A DNA stretch of 64,000 nucleotides from Methanosaeta sp. PtaB.Bin018 (GTDB lineage Archaea > Halobacteriota > Methanosarcinia > Methanotrichales > Methanotrichaceae), in NCBI GenBank assembly GCA_002067755.1, contig MVQH01000077.1:1425-65424 (forward strand). Reading direction: 5' to 3'. Numbering within the stretch: position 1 is the first letter of the stretch; each line of letters starts with the position of its first letter. This document shows, piece by piece, positions 9,479 through 19,700 of the stretch. The notes under the pieces are model-generated. The model was not told the origin of the DNA and did no database searches. It saw only the letters and a list, made by a program, of their open reading frames with translations. A program made the translations under genes and the position numbers.

Positions 9479-11653
9479 CTATATCAAATATAGTATTGCA
9501 TCTATCGTCAGAAGCAGAACCACCACCATCGCGAGAGCCTTGACGAGCATTACGACATTTGATCGATCATCTTCTTCTCCGGACTTGGCAGCTTTGGAAG
9601 ATATCTCATTCACCTCGACACTGCTTTGAGGCCCTTCGTTTGCATCATTGGTAACATCCTCGTTCACCAGTTTGAGCTCTTCAGGCTTGACGGCCTCTGC
9701 CACATCTGATCTTTCACGGAAGAGCTGCACCTGTCCGCTGGAAGGACAAGCTACGCTGGCCTCCACCGGGACCAGCCAGCATTCTTCGTGGTTTGCTGCA
9801 TCCTCAGCAGTCTCCCTGGCATCGACAAGAACGATCTGCTGCGCTGGATCCCAAGAAAGCTGGCTGGGAGACTTTTTACTTGAGATCGGCCTTTGCACCA
9901 ATTTCAATGACTCATCCCAGGTGTAGATGGTATTTGCGTCATCGATATACGATAAAATGTAATTTGTCAGAACGCTGCTCAACAATAGCAGGACATCCCT
10001 CTCCGGCCTGAAGTTCAACCTATCCTTTATGGTCAATTCCGCCCGGCTCTGGCAGTCTTCTGAGCCTACAAGCGCCTCGAGGATCTTTGCAGCCTCGCCG
10101 ATCTTTGCTGCGCTCTGCGCATCCAGCGCGCTCTTGCCAGCCGAAAGATGCTTCTGGGCTCTTTGCAGATCCCCGACTGCAGCCTTCAGCCTATCTGCTG
10201 GATCCTTTTTGTTCTTTTCAGCCTCCATGCTCGCGCTCAAATTTCGCAGGGCATCGCAAATGCAACCATTGGCCTCACCTGGGATGCAGGCTCCGCCCAC
10301 GAGATACTCGCAGGAATTGGTGACTGCCCTCATCAACCTCCAGGGTTCGCTTCCGAGAAATCCAATGGATAGAGCCTCTTTCATCCCAGCTATGGACCGC
10401 TTCAGGCTCTCAATTCGTTTTTTCTTCTGACCATCTGAGTTCGCAATAGCGCTATCAAGGGCTGCAATTGCCCTCTCTGCAAGGGCCACTGCCTCTTCGT
10501 CCGGGACTCGAGCTGAAATCCTGGAGAGGTATGAGCAGCTTCTTGCAATTCCTGCTGCGACCTCGACCTCACAATTCTCCCTCTTCAGCAAAGATGCCAA
10601 TTCCTGGAATCGATCTGATGAACGGGCAAAGTACTTGGAGGCCTGCTTCCTGGCTGAACTCTCCTCTCCGGCATCATCATCCTCATCTTCTGCTTTTTGC
10701 AGGTTCATTTTGGCAAGCGAACTGTAGGCTGCTGCCAGGCCTGAAAGGGCATTCTGGTAGCCGGGCTGCATGCTCTTGGGAATCATCTGTACAGCTCTCT
10801 CAAGAGACTCGCATGCAGCAGTGGCATCTCCCATCTCCAAGTACATCCTTCCGAGGTTTGAGAGCACAATTCCTGTGCTGTGGCTCTGCCCCTGATCCTC
10901 CATGAGGGCGAGGCTCTGGTTGTAGTATCCGAGAGCCTTGTCCCACTGCTTTCCCTCACAAGCGACTCTTCCAAGCCGATCGAGCACCCAGGCAGCGCTC
11001 TTCTTGTCGCCAAGCCTTCGAAAGTCGGTCAAACTCCGTTCGAGATAACGGGTGGCCAGATCGCACTCGCCCATCTCGGCATATATCCTTCCCAAGCTCC
11101 CGTTCATCTGCGAAATGCCCTGCTCGTCTCCCAATTCCTCAAAGATCTTCAAGCTGCTGTAGCATTGTTCGATGGCTTTATCCCACTCTTTGCGGCAGCG
11201 ATATGCTGAGCCCAGGTTTCCCAGTACATGGGCCATGCCGCTGCCATCTCCTATGGCAGCAAACCCCCTGGTCGCCTTTTGGTAGTAGACTACAGCTCTC
11301 GATAGATCTCCCTGCCGAGCATAGGTCTGTCCCAGGTTGTTTTGAAGCACTGGCTGCAGTTCTTGATCGTGGTTCTTGGAGAGTGCCTTGTTATACGATT
11401 TTAAGGCAAGGCCACAGAGCCCAGCCTTTCGGCAGATGTCGCCCAGCCTCTTGATCTCATAAACATCCTGAAGGCAGTCAGCCAGTTTTTCGCATGTATC
11501 CTCCTCGATCCTTCCCCTTTTTGCGCCTTCCAGCAACTTGCCTACTTGATCCGGGCAGCACCCCTCGATTCCCTTGGAATCAATCTTTTGGAGATCATCA
11601 CCACCCCTGGAAAATGATGCGTAAATCTCCTGGAGAACAACTAATTGATCCAT
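9479..11653 (-). CDS. Tetratricopeptide-repeat protein with a single C-terminal transmembrane anchor
   Basis: Many TPR-like units (for example LGQTYARQGDLSRAVVYYQKA, LGSAYRCRKEWDKAIEQ). The final ~25 aa are hydrophobic (VVMLVKALAMVVVLLLTIDAILYLI). Confidence 0.7.
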   Translation of the reverse strand: MDQLVVLQEIYASFSRGGDDLQKIDSKGIEGCCPDQVGKLLEGAKRGRIEEDTCEKLADCLQDVYEIKRLGDICRKAGLCGLALKSYNKALSKNHDQELQPVLQNNLGQTYARQGDLSRAVVYYQKATRGFAAIGDGSGMAHVLGNLGSAYRCRKEWDKAIEQCYSSLKIFEELGDEQGISQMNGSLGRIYAEMGECDLATRYLERSLTDFRRLGDKKSAAWVLDRLGRVACEGKQWDKALGYYNQSLALMEDQGQSHSTGIVLSNLGRMYLEMGDATAACESLERAVQMIPKSMQPGYQNALSGLAAAYSSLAKMNLQKAEDEDDDAGEESSARKQASKYFARSSDRFQELASLLKRENCEVEVAAGIARSCSYLSRISARVPDEEAVALAERAIAALDSAIANSDGQKKKRIESLKRSIAGMKEALSIGFLGSEPWRLMRAVTNSCEYLVGGACIPGEANGCICDALRNLSASMEAEKNKKDPADRLKAAVGDLQRAQKHLSAGKSALDAQSAAKIGEAAKILEALVGSEDCQSRAELTIKDRLNFRPERDVLLLLSSVLTNYILSYIDDANTIYTWDESLKLVQRPISSKKSPSQLSWDPAQQIVLVDARETAEDAANHEECWLVPVEASVACPSSGQVQLFRERSDVAEAVKPEELKLVNEDVTNDANEGPQSSVEVNEISSKAAKSGEEDDRSNVVMLVKALAMVVVLLLTIDAILYLI

Positions 11654-11977
11654 AGATTATAAGATAACTTATATCTTTATATAGTTTTTGAATAAGTCGA
11701 ATTTTTGCGCTTCTATGTCAGACTCATAGGACGCTGATTATTATTTGAAAATATAGATTTCAGGCTCGAGTTATATTTATATCTAATAAGAATAATTTTG
11801 ATAGTAATAATAGTTATCGACATCATGAAGCATCATTTCACATGTAAAACTGAGATCATAACATCGATAGATCTCGTTTTTCATCACTCACGTGTGGGCC
11901 TTGTCCTAAGGCACATGGGCGTTTCAATATGTCAGGGCAGTAAAACCATGGCTTCAAAAAATGCCCTTGAAGAAACC

Positions 11978-11985
11978 TTTTATAT
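11978..11985 (+). promoter_or_regulatory. Candidate TATA box for the aRF1 gene
   Basis: TTTTATAT lies ~40 nt upstream of ATG 12022, preceded by the purine-rich GAAGAAAC (BRE-like). GGAG lies ~10 nt before the ATG. Position-based call only. Confidence 0.3.
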
Positions 11986-12021
11986 CTTGGCCCCAAGCAG
12001 TTTTTTTGGAGATTCGCTATA

Positions 12022-13263
12022 ATGGAGTTCACCGCGCAGGAAAAATATGAGTTCAAACGTCTTCTTGATGAATTGCGGAGCAAGACGGGCAGGGGCACTG
12101 AGCTCATCTCCCTCTATATTCCTCCCGACAAGCAGATCTCGGATGTCACTGCGCAGCTACGCGAGGAATACGGACAGGCTGCCAACATCAAGTCCAGGGT
12201 TACCAGGCTCAGCGTTCAGAGCTCCCTTGAGTCCGCCATGGCCCGCCTCAAGCTGATCCCAAAGCCTCCTAAGAACGGCGTGGTCCTCTTCATCGGAAGC
12301 GTTGATGTAGGCGCCAACAAGACAGAGATGTATAGCGTAGCCCTGGAGCCGCCTGACCCCATCGTAACCTATAGATACCACTGCGATTCCCAGTTCCTGC
12401 TCGAGCCTCTGGAAGAGATGTTGGCCGACAAGAAAACATTCGGGCTCATCGTCCTGGATAGGCGCGAGGCGACCATCGGAGTGCTGAAAGGCAAGTACAT
12501 CGAACCCCTGAAGCACCTAACATCAACGGTGCCGGGCAAACAGAGGAAAGGCGGCCAGTCAAGCCACAGATTCCAGCAGCTCCGGCTGATCGCAATTCAT
12601 GACTTCTACAGCCGGATCGGAGAGTCTGCCAACGACGCATTTCTTGCGATCGATCCCAAGGACCTGCAGGGCATCCTGATCGGTGGGCCCTCGCCAACCA
12701 AAGAAGAGTTCGTGGAGGGAGGCTTCCTGCACCATGAGCTGCAGCGAAAGGTCCTGGACGCTCTCGATGTCTCCTACACAGACGAGTCTGGGCTGTACGA
12801 GCTTGTGGATGCGGCTCAAGATAGGCTGCAGGACCTGGAGCTCACTCAAGACAAGTTGGTCATGCGCAGGTTCATGAAGGAGCTGGTGAGCGACAGGGGA
12901 CTGGCGGCTTACGGAGAGAGTGAGGTTCGCCATAACCTGGAGCTTGGAGCGGTGGAGGTTCTTCTTCTATCTGAGGATCTGCGCAAGACCCGTGCCAAGG
13001 TCGTCTGCACCAACCGAAGCTGCGACTTTGTCGACAGCCAAACCCGAACGAGCGCGTCGGCGCCAGTGGGAAGCTGCCAAAAATGCGGCAGCCCCCTCTC
13101 AGTCGCAGAGGAGGAGGATATTGTGTCAGATCTGTCGAAGCTCGCTGAGAGGTGTGGAGCCGATGTCAAGATCATCTCCTCGGAGTTTGAGGAGGGACAG
13201 CAGCTCTTCAAGGCATTTGGAGGCATCGCAGCCATCCTCAGATACAAGACAGGTCATATCTAG
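12022..13263 (+). CDS. prf1: Peptide chain release factor aRF1
   Basis: NIKS motif (AANIKSRV), GGQ motif (QRKGGQSSHRF), and a length typical of aRF1. Confidence 0.95.
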   Translation: MEFTAQEKYEFKRLLDELRSKTGRGTELISLYIPPDKQISDVTAQLREEYGQAANIKSRVTRLSVQSSLESAMARLKLIPKPPKNGVVLFIGSVDVGANKTEMYSVALEPPDPIVTYRYHCDSQFLLEPLEEMLADKKTFGLIVLDRREATIGVLKGKYIEPLKHLTSTVPGKQRKGGQSSHRFQQLRLIAIHDFYSRIGESANDAFLAIDPKDLQGILIGGPSPTKEEFVEGGFLHHELQRKVLDALDVSYTDESGLYELVDAAQDRLQDLELTQDKLVMRRFMKELVSDRGLAAYGESEVRHNLELGAVEVLLLSEDLRKTRAKVVCTNRSCDFVDSQTRTSASAPVGSCQKCGSPLSVAEEEDIVSDLSKLAERCGADVKIISSEFEEGQQLFKAFGGIAAILRYKTGHI

Positions 13264-13268
13264 AGGCG

Positions 13269-13709
13269 ATGAGAACGATCGAGGTCTCTGTGTACTCTTC
13301 CGTCAGGCCCACTGAGTGTGTGGAGAAGGTCGTCTCGGCGATCGAAAAGATATTTCCCGGGCTGATCATGGACATTCGCGACGACCGCATCCTGGCCTAC
13401 GATGGCCCCGAATCCCTGAAGACCTTTCACGAGCTCTTGAGGAGGCAGAAGATTCTGGATACCGCCAGGTCCGTCATGCTTGGAAGCCTTGTGGGCGAGT
13501 CCATTCAGTTCCAACTCAACAAGCAGGCAGCCTTAATGGGAAAGGTGAGCTTTCCACCTGAAGAGGAGCCGCTTGGGTCGGTTCATGTGAAAATCACAGG
13601 CGGCAGGCATGTGATCGACTGGCTGGCACCCCAGACGGAAAAGGGCGTGCCGATCAGAGAGATCGAGCTGGAAGATCTCTTTGAAATCGAGGGTGATGAA
13701 GATGTTTAG
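13269..13709 (+). CDS. UPF0201-type small archaeal protein (putative RNA-binding, COG1931-like)
   Basis: The N-terminal pattern VYSSVRPTECVEKVVSAIEKIFP matches my memory of the V.PTED.EKV..AI...FP signature. Assigned from memory only. Confidence 0.5.
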   Translation: MRTIEVSVYSSVRPTECVEKVVSAIEKIFPGLIMDIRDDRILAYDGPESLKTFHELLRRQKILDTARSVMLGSLVGESIQFQLNKQAALMGKVSFPPEEEPLGSVHVKITGGRHVIDWLAPQTEKGVPIREIELEDLFEIEGDEDV

Positions 13710-14472
13710 CTTCTCCTCCAGCAGGCTCGTGGACCGGCCCTTCGACTGGGCATATCAGCTTGAGGACTTGGGCTACAGCGGCTGGGAGATCGTAAATGAA
13801 GGGCGTCAGAAGCTCACGCCTGAGAGCCTGGTTGAGGTCGAGAGGATCATCGAGACCACAGATCTCACGATTACAATTCATCTGCCGTACTCCGACTTGA
13901 ACTTGGCATCCGTGAACCAACCGATCTGGGAGGAGACTGTGCGACAGATGAAGAGCTGCCTGGACATCTCCAGCGAATTCGCCCGTCTGGCTGTACTGCA
14001 TCCAGGCCACTTCTCTCCTCTGGGAATGCAAATGCAGGATTCTGCCTGGTCCCAGGCGATACTAGGCATCCAGCAGGTCTGCGATCGAGCAGCAGATCTG
14101 GACATCAAAATTGCCGTAGAGAACATGGTAAACATGCCTGCAGTCTTGGGCAAAAGGCCCGAAGAGATCTTGGGGATACTGGAGACCGTAGATCGGGAGA
14201 ATGTTGGGTTTATATTCGATGTGGGGCACGCCAATACCAACGGAAATGTGTTGGACTTCTTGAAGCTAAAGGACAAGATCATCCACATCCACATGCACGA
14301 CAATCATGGCGAGAGGGATGAGCACCTGCCTGTTGGAAATGGCACTGTGCCATGGAAAAAAGTCGTCTCTTGCCTGAGAGATTACAAGGGCCGCATTGTG
14401 ACCGAGTCTCGCTCACTGGAAGAGGGACAGAGATCTGTGAATCGTCTCAAAAAATTGATGAAGATTGGATAG
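13702..14472 (+). CDS. Sugar phosphate isomerase/epimerase (xylose-isomerase-like TIM barrel)
   Basis: Contains IAVENM..., FDVGHAN and HIHMHDNHGERDEHLPVGNGTVPW. ATG 13702 overlaps the upstream stop; the tracked start is 13681. Confidence 0.7.
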   Translation: MFSFSSSRLVDRPFDWAYQLEDLGYSGWEIVNEGRQKLTPESLVEVERIIETTDLTITIHLPYSDLNLASVNQPIWEETVRQMKSCLDISSEFARLAVLHPGHFSPLGMQMQDSAWSQAILGIQQVCDRAADLDIKIAVENMVNMPAVLGKRPEEILGILETVDRENVGFIFDVGHANTNGNVLDFLKLKDKIIHIHMHDNHGERDEHLPVGNGTVPWKKVVSCLRDYKGRIVTESRSLEEGQRSVNRLKKLMKIG

Positions 14473-15121
14473 CAAAAGGACGAAACAAATGCTGACATTC
14501 GACAATCTCGCCGAGGGCATGCTGGCCAGCTTTGAGTCCAAAGATCGGGCCCGAGAAGAGGCGTTTCGCCTTTCTCGAAATGTGATCCGCGTCTGCTCCA
14601 CATCCATCAGGTCTGTGCATCGCGGAGATCTTGAGGTGGCCGAGAGGCTCATGGACGAGGCTGCATCGGGCCTAGAGAAGATCCGAGAGGTACTATCCGA
14701 CCATCAGGACGTGCGATATGCGGGATTTGTGGACGGGGCAGAGCAGGAGTATGCAGAGGCGAGGTCCTTCTACTCCATCACCACCAGGCATGAGATCTTG
14801 GCGCCTGAACAGATCGGCGTGGAGCTGGTGAACTACCTGGTGGGGCTGGGCGATACAACCGGCGAGCTGCGACGTCATATACTGGATCTGATACGCAATG
14901 GCAGGGCAAAAGAAGGAGAATATTTCCTGGGAGTGATCGAGGAGATTTATTATCTGCTGATGCTCTTCGATTATCCGGATGCCATAACGAGGGGCCTGCG
15001 TCGCAAGAGCGACCTGGCGAGGTCTATGCTGGAGAAGACACGCGGCGACCTCACCAATGCCCTGGAGCTTGCCAATGTAAAAGCCTCGCTGCAGGGCTTT
15101 AGCGGCAAGCGGCGAGATTGA
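14465..15121 (+). CDS. Translin-family protein
   Basis: All-helical protein with the GLGDTTGELRRHILD signature typical of translin/TRAX. Confidence 0.6.
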   Translation: MDSKRTKQMLTFDNLAEGMLASFESKDRAREEAFRLSRNVIRVCSTSIRSVHRGDLEVAERLMDEAASGLEKIREVLSDHQDVRYAGFVDGAEQEYAEARSFYSITTRHEILAPEQIGVELVNYLVGLGDTTGELRRHILDLIRNGRAKEGEYFLGVIEEIYYLLMLFDYPDAITRGLRRKSDLARSMLEKTRGDLTNALELANVKASLQGFSGKRRD

Positions 15122-15154
15122 ATTGCAGATTGAGAAGCCTTGAGGTTATGTTGC

Positions 15155-16768
15155 ATGAGATTCGATCCAATCCAGATCAGAGAGGCTGCCAAAAAGGATT
15201 TTGATAAAGCCTGGCAGCAGGGGAGAGGGTATCTGGGCAAACCTTCCTTGAACAAGAGGTATCCAAGAAACACTTATTCTTTCGGAGAACCTCATCCGAT
15301 CTTTGATACCATCCAGAAGCTTCGAGAGGCATATTTGCGCCTTGGCTTCTCAGAGGCCATGAACCCTGTGATGGTCGAAGCCCAAGATGTTTTTCGGCAG
15401 TTCGGCTCAGAGGCCCTGGCTGTGCTCGATAGATGCTTTTACCTGGCCGGCCTTCCAAGGCCCGACATCGGCATCTCTGATGAGAGGATCGCCCAAATAA
15501 ACGCCCTCGTGGGCCGCACCCTTTCCACTGATGAGGTCGAGGCCGTCCGCCAAATTCTGCACGGCTACAAGAAGGGAAAGGTGGAGGGCGACGACTTGGT
15601 GCAGGAGATTGCCAAAGCTGTCAGCGTCGATGACGCTTTGATCTCCACAGTTCTGGAGAAGGTCTTTCCCGAGTTTCGCGCTCTTGTGGCAGAAGCCACA
15701 ACGCGCACATTGCGCAGCCACATGACGTCCGGCTGGTTCTTATCGCTCTCCCATCTCTACGATCGCGAAAAGCTCCCAGTCAAGCTATTTTCTGTGGATC
15801 GCTGTTTTCGCCGTGAGCAGGCTGAGGACGCTGCACGGCTGATGAGCTACTTTTCGGCAAGCTGCGTGATAATGGACGAGGATGTGTCAGTTGAAGATGG
15901 CAAAGCGGTCGCAGACGGACTGCTCAGCCAGTTCGGCTTCCAGAAGTTCCAGTTCAGGCCAGATGAGAAGAGGAGCAAGTACTACACACCAGGCACGCAG
16001 ATCGAGGTATACGCCTATCATCCTGAGCTTGTGGGCTCGGCCACTAAATACAGCAGCGGCTGGGTTGAGGTGGCGACCTTCGGAATCTATTCGCCCATAG
16101 CTCTCTCCCAGTATGACATCCCCTACCCAGTCATGAACCTGGGCCTGGGGGTTGAGCGCATTGCAATGATCCTGCACAACTCAAAAGACGTACGCGCCCT
16201 GTCCTACCCTCAGTTCCAGACCGACTGGGAGCTGACGGCTCGCGAGATGGCGCAGATGATCAGCGTGCAGAAGTCTCCCACAACTGCAGCCGGATTGTCC
16301 ATAGCCGAGTCGGTTGTTAAGACATGTATTGAGCACGGCGACACGCCTTCACCATGCGAATTCACTGCCTGGGAGGGCGAGCTGTTCGGGCGCAGGGTAT
16401 TGGTATTGGTTGTAGAGCCAGAGGAGAACACCAAGCTTTGCGGACCGGCCTTCCAAAATGAGATCGTGGTATACAAGCAGAATGTCATGGGAGTTCCGCG
16501 CACTGCCCGCTGGGAGGAGGCTTTCTTGGACGGCGTTACCACGGGCATCAGGTACATCGACGCCTTTGCAGAGCTTGCAGCCTACGAGGTTGAGGTGGCG
16601 ACATTGGCCGGAAAGGACTCGGAGACCCGAAGCAGGATTGTGCGCGGCCCAAGCGACGTAAACATCCAGATAGATCCGGCTCTGGAGAGGTATATCACCA
16701 GCCACAAGCACAAGATAGACCTGCGTGGGCCATTGTTCACCACTGTGAAGAGCCAGATAGTCGGCTGA
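15155..16768 (+). CDS. sepS: O-phosphoserine--tRNA(Cys) ligase (SepRS)
   Basis: The N-terminus MRFDPIQIREAAKKDFDKAWQQG and the class II core (FSVDRCFRREQ) match SepRS. ATG 15155 is preferred over the tracked TTG 15140. Confidence 0.9.
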   Translation: MRFDPIQIREAAKKDFDKAWQQGRGYLGKPSLNKRYPRNTYSFGEPHPIFDTIQKLREAYLRLGFSEAMNPVMVEAQDVFRQFGSEALAVLDRCFYLAGLPRPDIGISDERIAQINALVGRTLSTDEVEAVRQILHGYKKGKVEGDDLVQEIAKAVSVDDALISTVLEKVFPEFRALVAEATTRTLRSHMTSGWFLSLSHLYDREKLPVKLFSVDRCFRREQAEDAARLMSYFSASCVIMDEDVSVEDGKAVADGLLSQFGFQKFQFRPDEKRSKYYTPGTQIEVYAYHPELVGSATKYSSGWVEVATFGIYSPIALSQYDIPYPVMNLGLGVERIAMILHNSKDVRALSYPQFQTDWELTAREMAQMISVQKSPTTAAGLSIAESVVKTCIEHGDTPSPCEFTAWEGELFGRRVLVLVVEPEENTKLCGPAFQNEIVVYKQNVMGVPRTARWEEAFLDGVTTGIRYIDAFAELAAYEVEVATLAGKDSETRSRIVRGPSDVNIQIDPALERYITSHKHKIDLRGPLFTTVKSQIVG

Positions 16769-16774
16769 GAGACC

Positions 16775-17470
16775 ATGAAAGACGCATCAACCAATTCAAA
16801 TGCCAAAAGGATGGCTGGCGAGGCAGCTGCAGAGCTTGTGAAAAGCGGCATGGTAGTGGGCCTTGGGACCGGCTCCACAGTGGCCTGGACGATTCAGAGG
16901 CTTGGAGCGAGAGTTCGGGAGGAGGGACTGGAGCTCCTTGGTGTTCCCACATCTTTTCAATCTGAGCATCTGGCAATCGCCTCGGGGATAAAGCTCACGT
17001 CGCTCAATCAGCACCCGATCTTGGATCTGGCCATCGACGGGGCTGATCAGGTGGATGCAGACCTGTTCGTCATCAAGGGCGGTGGGGCGGCGCATACTAG
17101 GGAGAAGGTGGTCTCCTGCTCTGCCAAGCGATTTGTGATAGTGGCAGATGAGAGCAAGTTCGTGCAAAGGCTGTCTCGCCCGGTTCCAGTGGAGGTGCTG
17201 GCATTTGCGACCAGGCTCGTCGAGCGGAGGCTGCAAAGCCTTGGTGGATCCCCAGTGCTGCGACAGGCGATGAGGAAGGACGGGCCTGTGATCACTGACA
17301 ACGGGAACCTCGTGATGGACGTGGACTTCGGATCGATCCAGGATCCCAGGGCATTGGCCGCGAAGATCAGCCCGATTCCAGGAGTCGTGGAGCACGGAAT
17401 ATTCGACAACGTAGATGAGCTGTATCTGGCTCGGGCGGACGGCGTGGAGAAGATCAGGAGAAGTAGATGA
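16775..17470 (+). CDS. rpiA: Ribose-5-phosphate isomerase A
   Basis: Contains GLGTGST, DGADQVD and [11 protein letters not shown]. Confidence 0.9.
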   Translation: MKDASTNSNAKRMAGEAAAELVKSGMVVGLGTGSTVAWTIQRLGARVREEGLELLGVPTSFQSEHLAIASGIKLTSLNQHPILDLAIDGADQVDADLFVIKGGGAAHTREKVVSCSAKRFVIVADESKFVQRLSRPVPVEVLAFATRLVERRLQSLGGSPVLRQAMRKDGPVITDNGNLVMDVDFGSIQDPRALAAKISPIPGVVEHGIFDNVDELYLARADGVEKIRRSR

Positions 17471-17593
17471 GAGAGATGATGGCCCTTGTCTCACCCACAC
17501 AAAACGGCGATGAGCATCATATCTCAATTCGACTTCGAAAATGGCAAACCCTTATTATCCAGGCCGACGAGAATTAAGTGGGTGATATCTCCA

Positions 17594-18031
17594 ATGTCAG
17601 AAAGCTACAGGCCAGTATTTTTATTGCTTGCGCTCCTTGTTTTATTGATCCCGGCTCTGGCTGAGAGCCCGGATAAATATACTGTGAACGTCTCCGAAAA
17701 GAAGTTCCTTGGACAGTTTCTGGTAAACCAGACGGGCTTTACACTTTATTACTTCTCAGATGACTCCAAGGGAAATGGCGCCAGCACATGCTATGATGAA
17801 TGTGCAGCAACCTGGCCGCCCTTCTATGCCAAGGAGCTGATCCTGCCTGAGACTTTAAGGGCGGTGGACTTTGCGACCATAACCAGGAGGGACGGATCGA
17901 ACCAGACGACCTTCAAGGGATGGCCGCTCTATCTATACTCAAGAGATGCCGCAGCCGGCGACACCTTCGGGAGCGAGCAAAAAGGCCTCTGGCATGTGAT
18001 CGATCCCTCAAACCAGCCACAGCTAATCTAG
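17594..18031 (+). CDS. Secreted protein with tandem Yx(FWY)xxD-type repeats (COG4315-like)
   Basis: Signal-like MSESYRPVFLLLALLVLLIPALA, then FTLYYFSDD...C...WPPF and WPLYLYSRD repeats. Start taken at ATG 17594. Confidence 0.6.
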   Translation: MSESYRPVFLLLALLVLLIPALAESPDKYTVNVSEKKFLGQFLVNQTGFTLYYFSDDSKGNGASTCYDECAATWPPFYAKELILPETLRAVDFATITRRDGSNQTTFKGWPLYLYSRDAAAGDTFGSEQKGLWHVIDPSNQPQLI

Positions 18032-18044
18032 CTTCTGAATAATA

Positions 18045-18060
18045 TTTTTTCGTGTATTTT
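18045..18060 (+). terminator. Oligo-T tract between two convergent genes
   Basis: TTTTTT plus TTTT lie 14-29 nt after the stop at 18031. This is an archaeal-style intrinsic termination signal. Confidence 0.35.
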
Positions 18061-18083
18061 GCCTCTCGCCTCAGCGGCTCCTC

Positions 18084-18638
18084 TCAATGGCCCGATCTCG
18101 TTCTTTGAGCTGCTGCATAGGGAAACATCTCAAAGCCCCTCGGGAACTTGAAGCTCCTCTCTCCAAGCTCCCTGTCCGCTGCCCAAAGAGCAGCATCGTC
18201 ATCTCCTGCTGCCAAAACCAATTTCAGGACGCGATCTGATGATTCCTCCTCCTCCACCTGCTCATCCACGTACCACTGCAAAAAGCTCCTCGTAGCTTCG
18301 TCTCTCTCTGCCTTTGCCACCCCAACCAGGGAATGAATAAGCCCAGTCACAGCCCGCTCGTGGTCCCAGACCTGTCCGAAGGCATCCTTGGGCGATGCCC
18401 AGGATTCTCGGGGAGCCTCAACGGCCAGGAGCCTGGCTCTGCCGCCGGCAGATGCCACGTAGTCCAGCATCATCATGGCATGCACCAGCTCCTCGCCTGC
18501 CTGAACCCTCATCCAACTTGCAAAGCCCTTCATGTTCACAGACTCGAAATAGTAAGACATGGAGAGATAGAGATAGGATGAGTACAGCTCTCTATTTGCC
18601 TGAACATTGAGCGCTTCATTCATCTTTTCGCTGAGCAT
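18084..18638 (-). CDS. Ferritin
   Basis: Contains ELYSSYLYLSMSYYFES...GFASWMRVQAGEELVHAMMM. ATG 18638 (MLSEKMNEALN) is the preferred start. Confidence 0.85.
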   Translation of the reverse strand: MLSEKMNEALNVQANRELYSSYLYLSMSYYFESVNMKGFASWMRVQAGEELVHAMMMLDYVASAGGRARLLAVEAPRESWASPKDAFGQVWDHERAVTGLIHSLVGVAKAERDEATRSFLQWYVDEQVEEEESSDRVLKLVLAAGDDDAALWAADRELGERSFKFPRGFEMFPYAAAQRTRSGH

Positions 18639-18649
18639 TTTTCGGCCCT

Positions 18650-18811
18650 CTATTCCATCCTCTCGAACTGATCTTTGTCGGCGCCGCACTCTGGACAGAC
18701 CCAGTCATCTGGCAGGTCTTCGAAGGATGTCCCCGGAGCAATTCCAGATGTCGGGTCTCCCTTCTCGGGATCGTATATGTATCCACAGACATTGCAGACA
18801 TATTTATCCAT
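18650..18811 (-). CDS. Rubredoxin
   Basis: 53 aa, [19 protein letters not shown]...[14 protein letters not shown], with two CxxC pairs. The tracked 154-aa ORF extends implausibly into the upstream gene. Confidence 0.9.
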   Translation of the reverse strand: MDKYVCNVCGYIYDPEKGDPTSGIAPGTSFEDLPDDWVCPECGADKDQFERME

Positions 18812-18845
18812 TTTTATGCTCACCACCATCCTTTTGAACCGCAAC

Positions 18846-19700
18846 CTAAATGAAATTTTCCAGCAGCACTTTGATCCTTGCATGCCTCTCGAGATCTTTT
18901 GGCCTGGCGTCCAAAAAAGCCTGATCCAGCCTTGGCGCATCTGTTTCATAGAACTTGCCCAAGGGGATGGGAGCCTCGCCTCCGTCGTAGTTCCATGATC
19001 GAATGATCCTTTGGGCCTCTTCGAAGCTGCCAGTGTCGTTGCCTTTGACCTCGTAAGTGCGCTTGTTGTAAGCCTCATACATGTTGAAGTAGGAGACGCA
19101 GACCTGCAGAACATCGACGAATGAGAAGCCCTTGTGGACTATTGCCTCCTTAAAAAGCCTCTGCAATAGGTCGATTCCGTGCGTGTAGCCGCGAGCAATG
19201 TAGGTTGCGCCGCAAACGAGCATAATCTCTGCCGGGTTCATGGGAAGCTCATCTGAGCCCTGGGGCGTCGACTTGCCCCTGAAGCCTTTGGGTGAGGTCG
19301 GAGTGTACTGGCCAGTGGTCAGGCCGAAGACGCGATTGTCGTGCAAAATGATTGTGATGTCGATGTTCCTCTTGGCCGCAAAGACGAGATGGTCCAGGCC
19401 CTCTGCCAGGCTGTCGCCATCCCCTGAAAAGCAGATCACCTTCAGATCGGGATTTGCAAGCTTTATGGCCGTCGCAACTGGAAGAGTTCTGCCATGGATG
19501 GAATAAAAGCTGTTCACATTCAAGTAATCCACAATCTTGGCATGGCACCCGATTCCCGAGACAAGCACCACATTCTCAATCGGATAACCCTCTCCGTCCA
19601 ACTCTGCCAGCACTGCTCTCATGGCGTTGAGGATAGAGAAGTTTCCGCAGCCGGGACACCATGTATTCCTGGCGTAGGTTGCAAGGTCTTTGGGGTTCAT
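18846..19700 (-). CDS. 2-oxoacid:ferredoxin oxidoreductase, beta (TPP-binding) subunit
   Basis: Contains WCPGCGNF and the TPP motif GDGDSLAEG...N. Its start overlaps the alpha-subunit stop by 4 nt. Confidence 0.85.
   Translation of the reverse strand: MNPKDLATYARNTWCPGCGNFSILNAMRAVLAELDGEGYPIENVVLVSGIGCHAKIVDYLNVNSFYSIHGRTLPVATAIKLANPDLKVICFSGDGDSLAEGLDHLVFAAKRNIDITIILHDNRVFGLTTGQYTPTSPKGFRGKSTPQGSDELPMNPAEIMLVCGATYIARGYTHGIDLLQRLFKEAIVHKGFSFVDVLQVCVSYFNMYEAYNKRTYEVKGNDTGSFEEAQRIIRSWNYDGGEAPIPLGKFYETDAPRLDQAFLDARPKDLERHARIKVLLENFI

Noticed and set aside
11798-12107. Small ORFs (74 aa plus strand, 83 aa minus strand) in the 368-bp spacer upstream of aRF1
   Set aside because: The region is AT-rich and promoter-like. 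The products have no features, and one overlaps the aRF1 start.
16796-17527. 243-aa minus-strand ORF
   Set aside because: It is antisense to rpiA, whose motifs are unambiguous. The product has an Arg/His/Pro-rich shadow-ORF composition.
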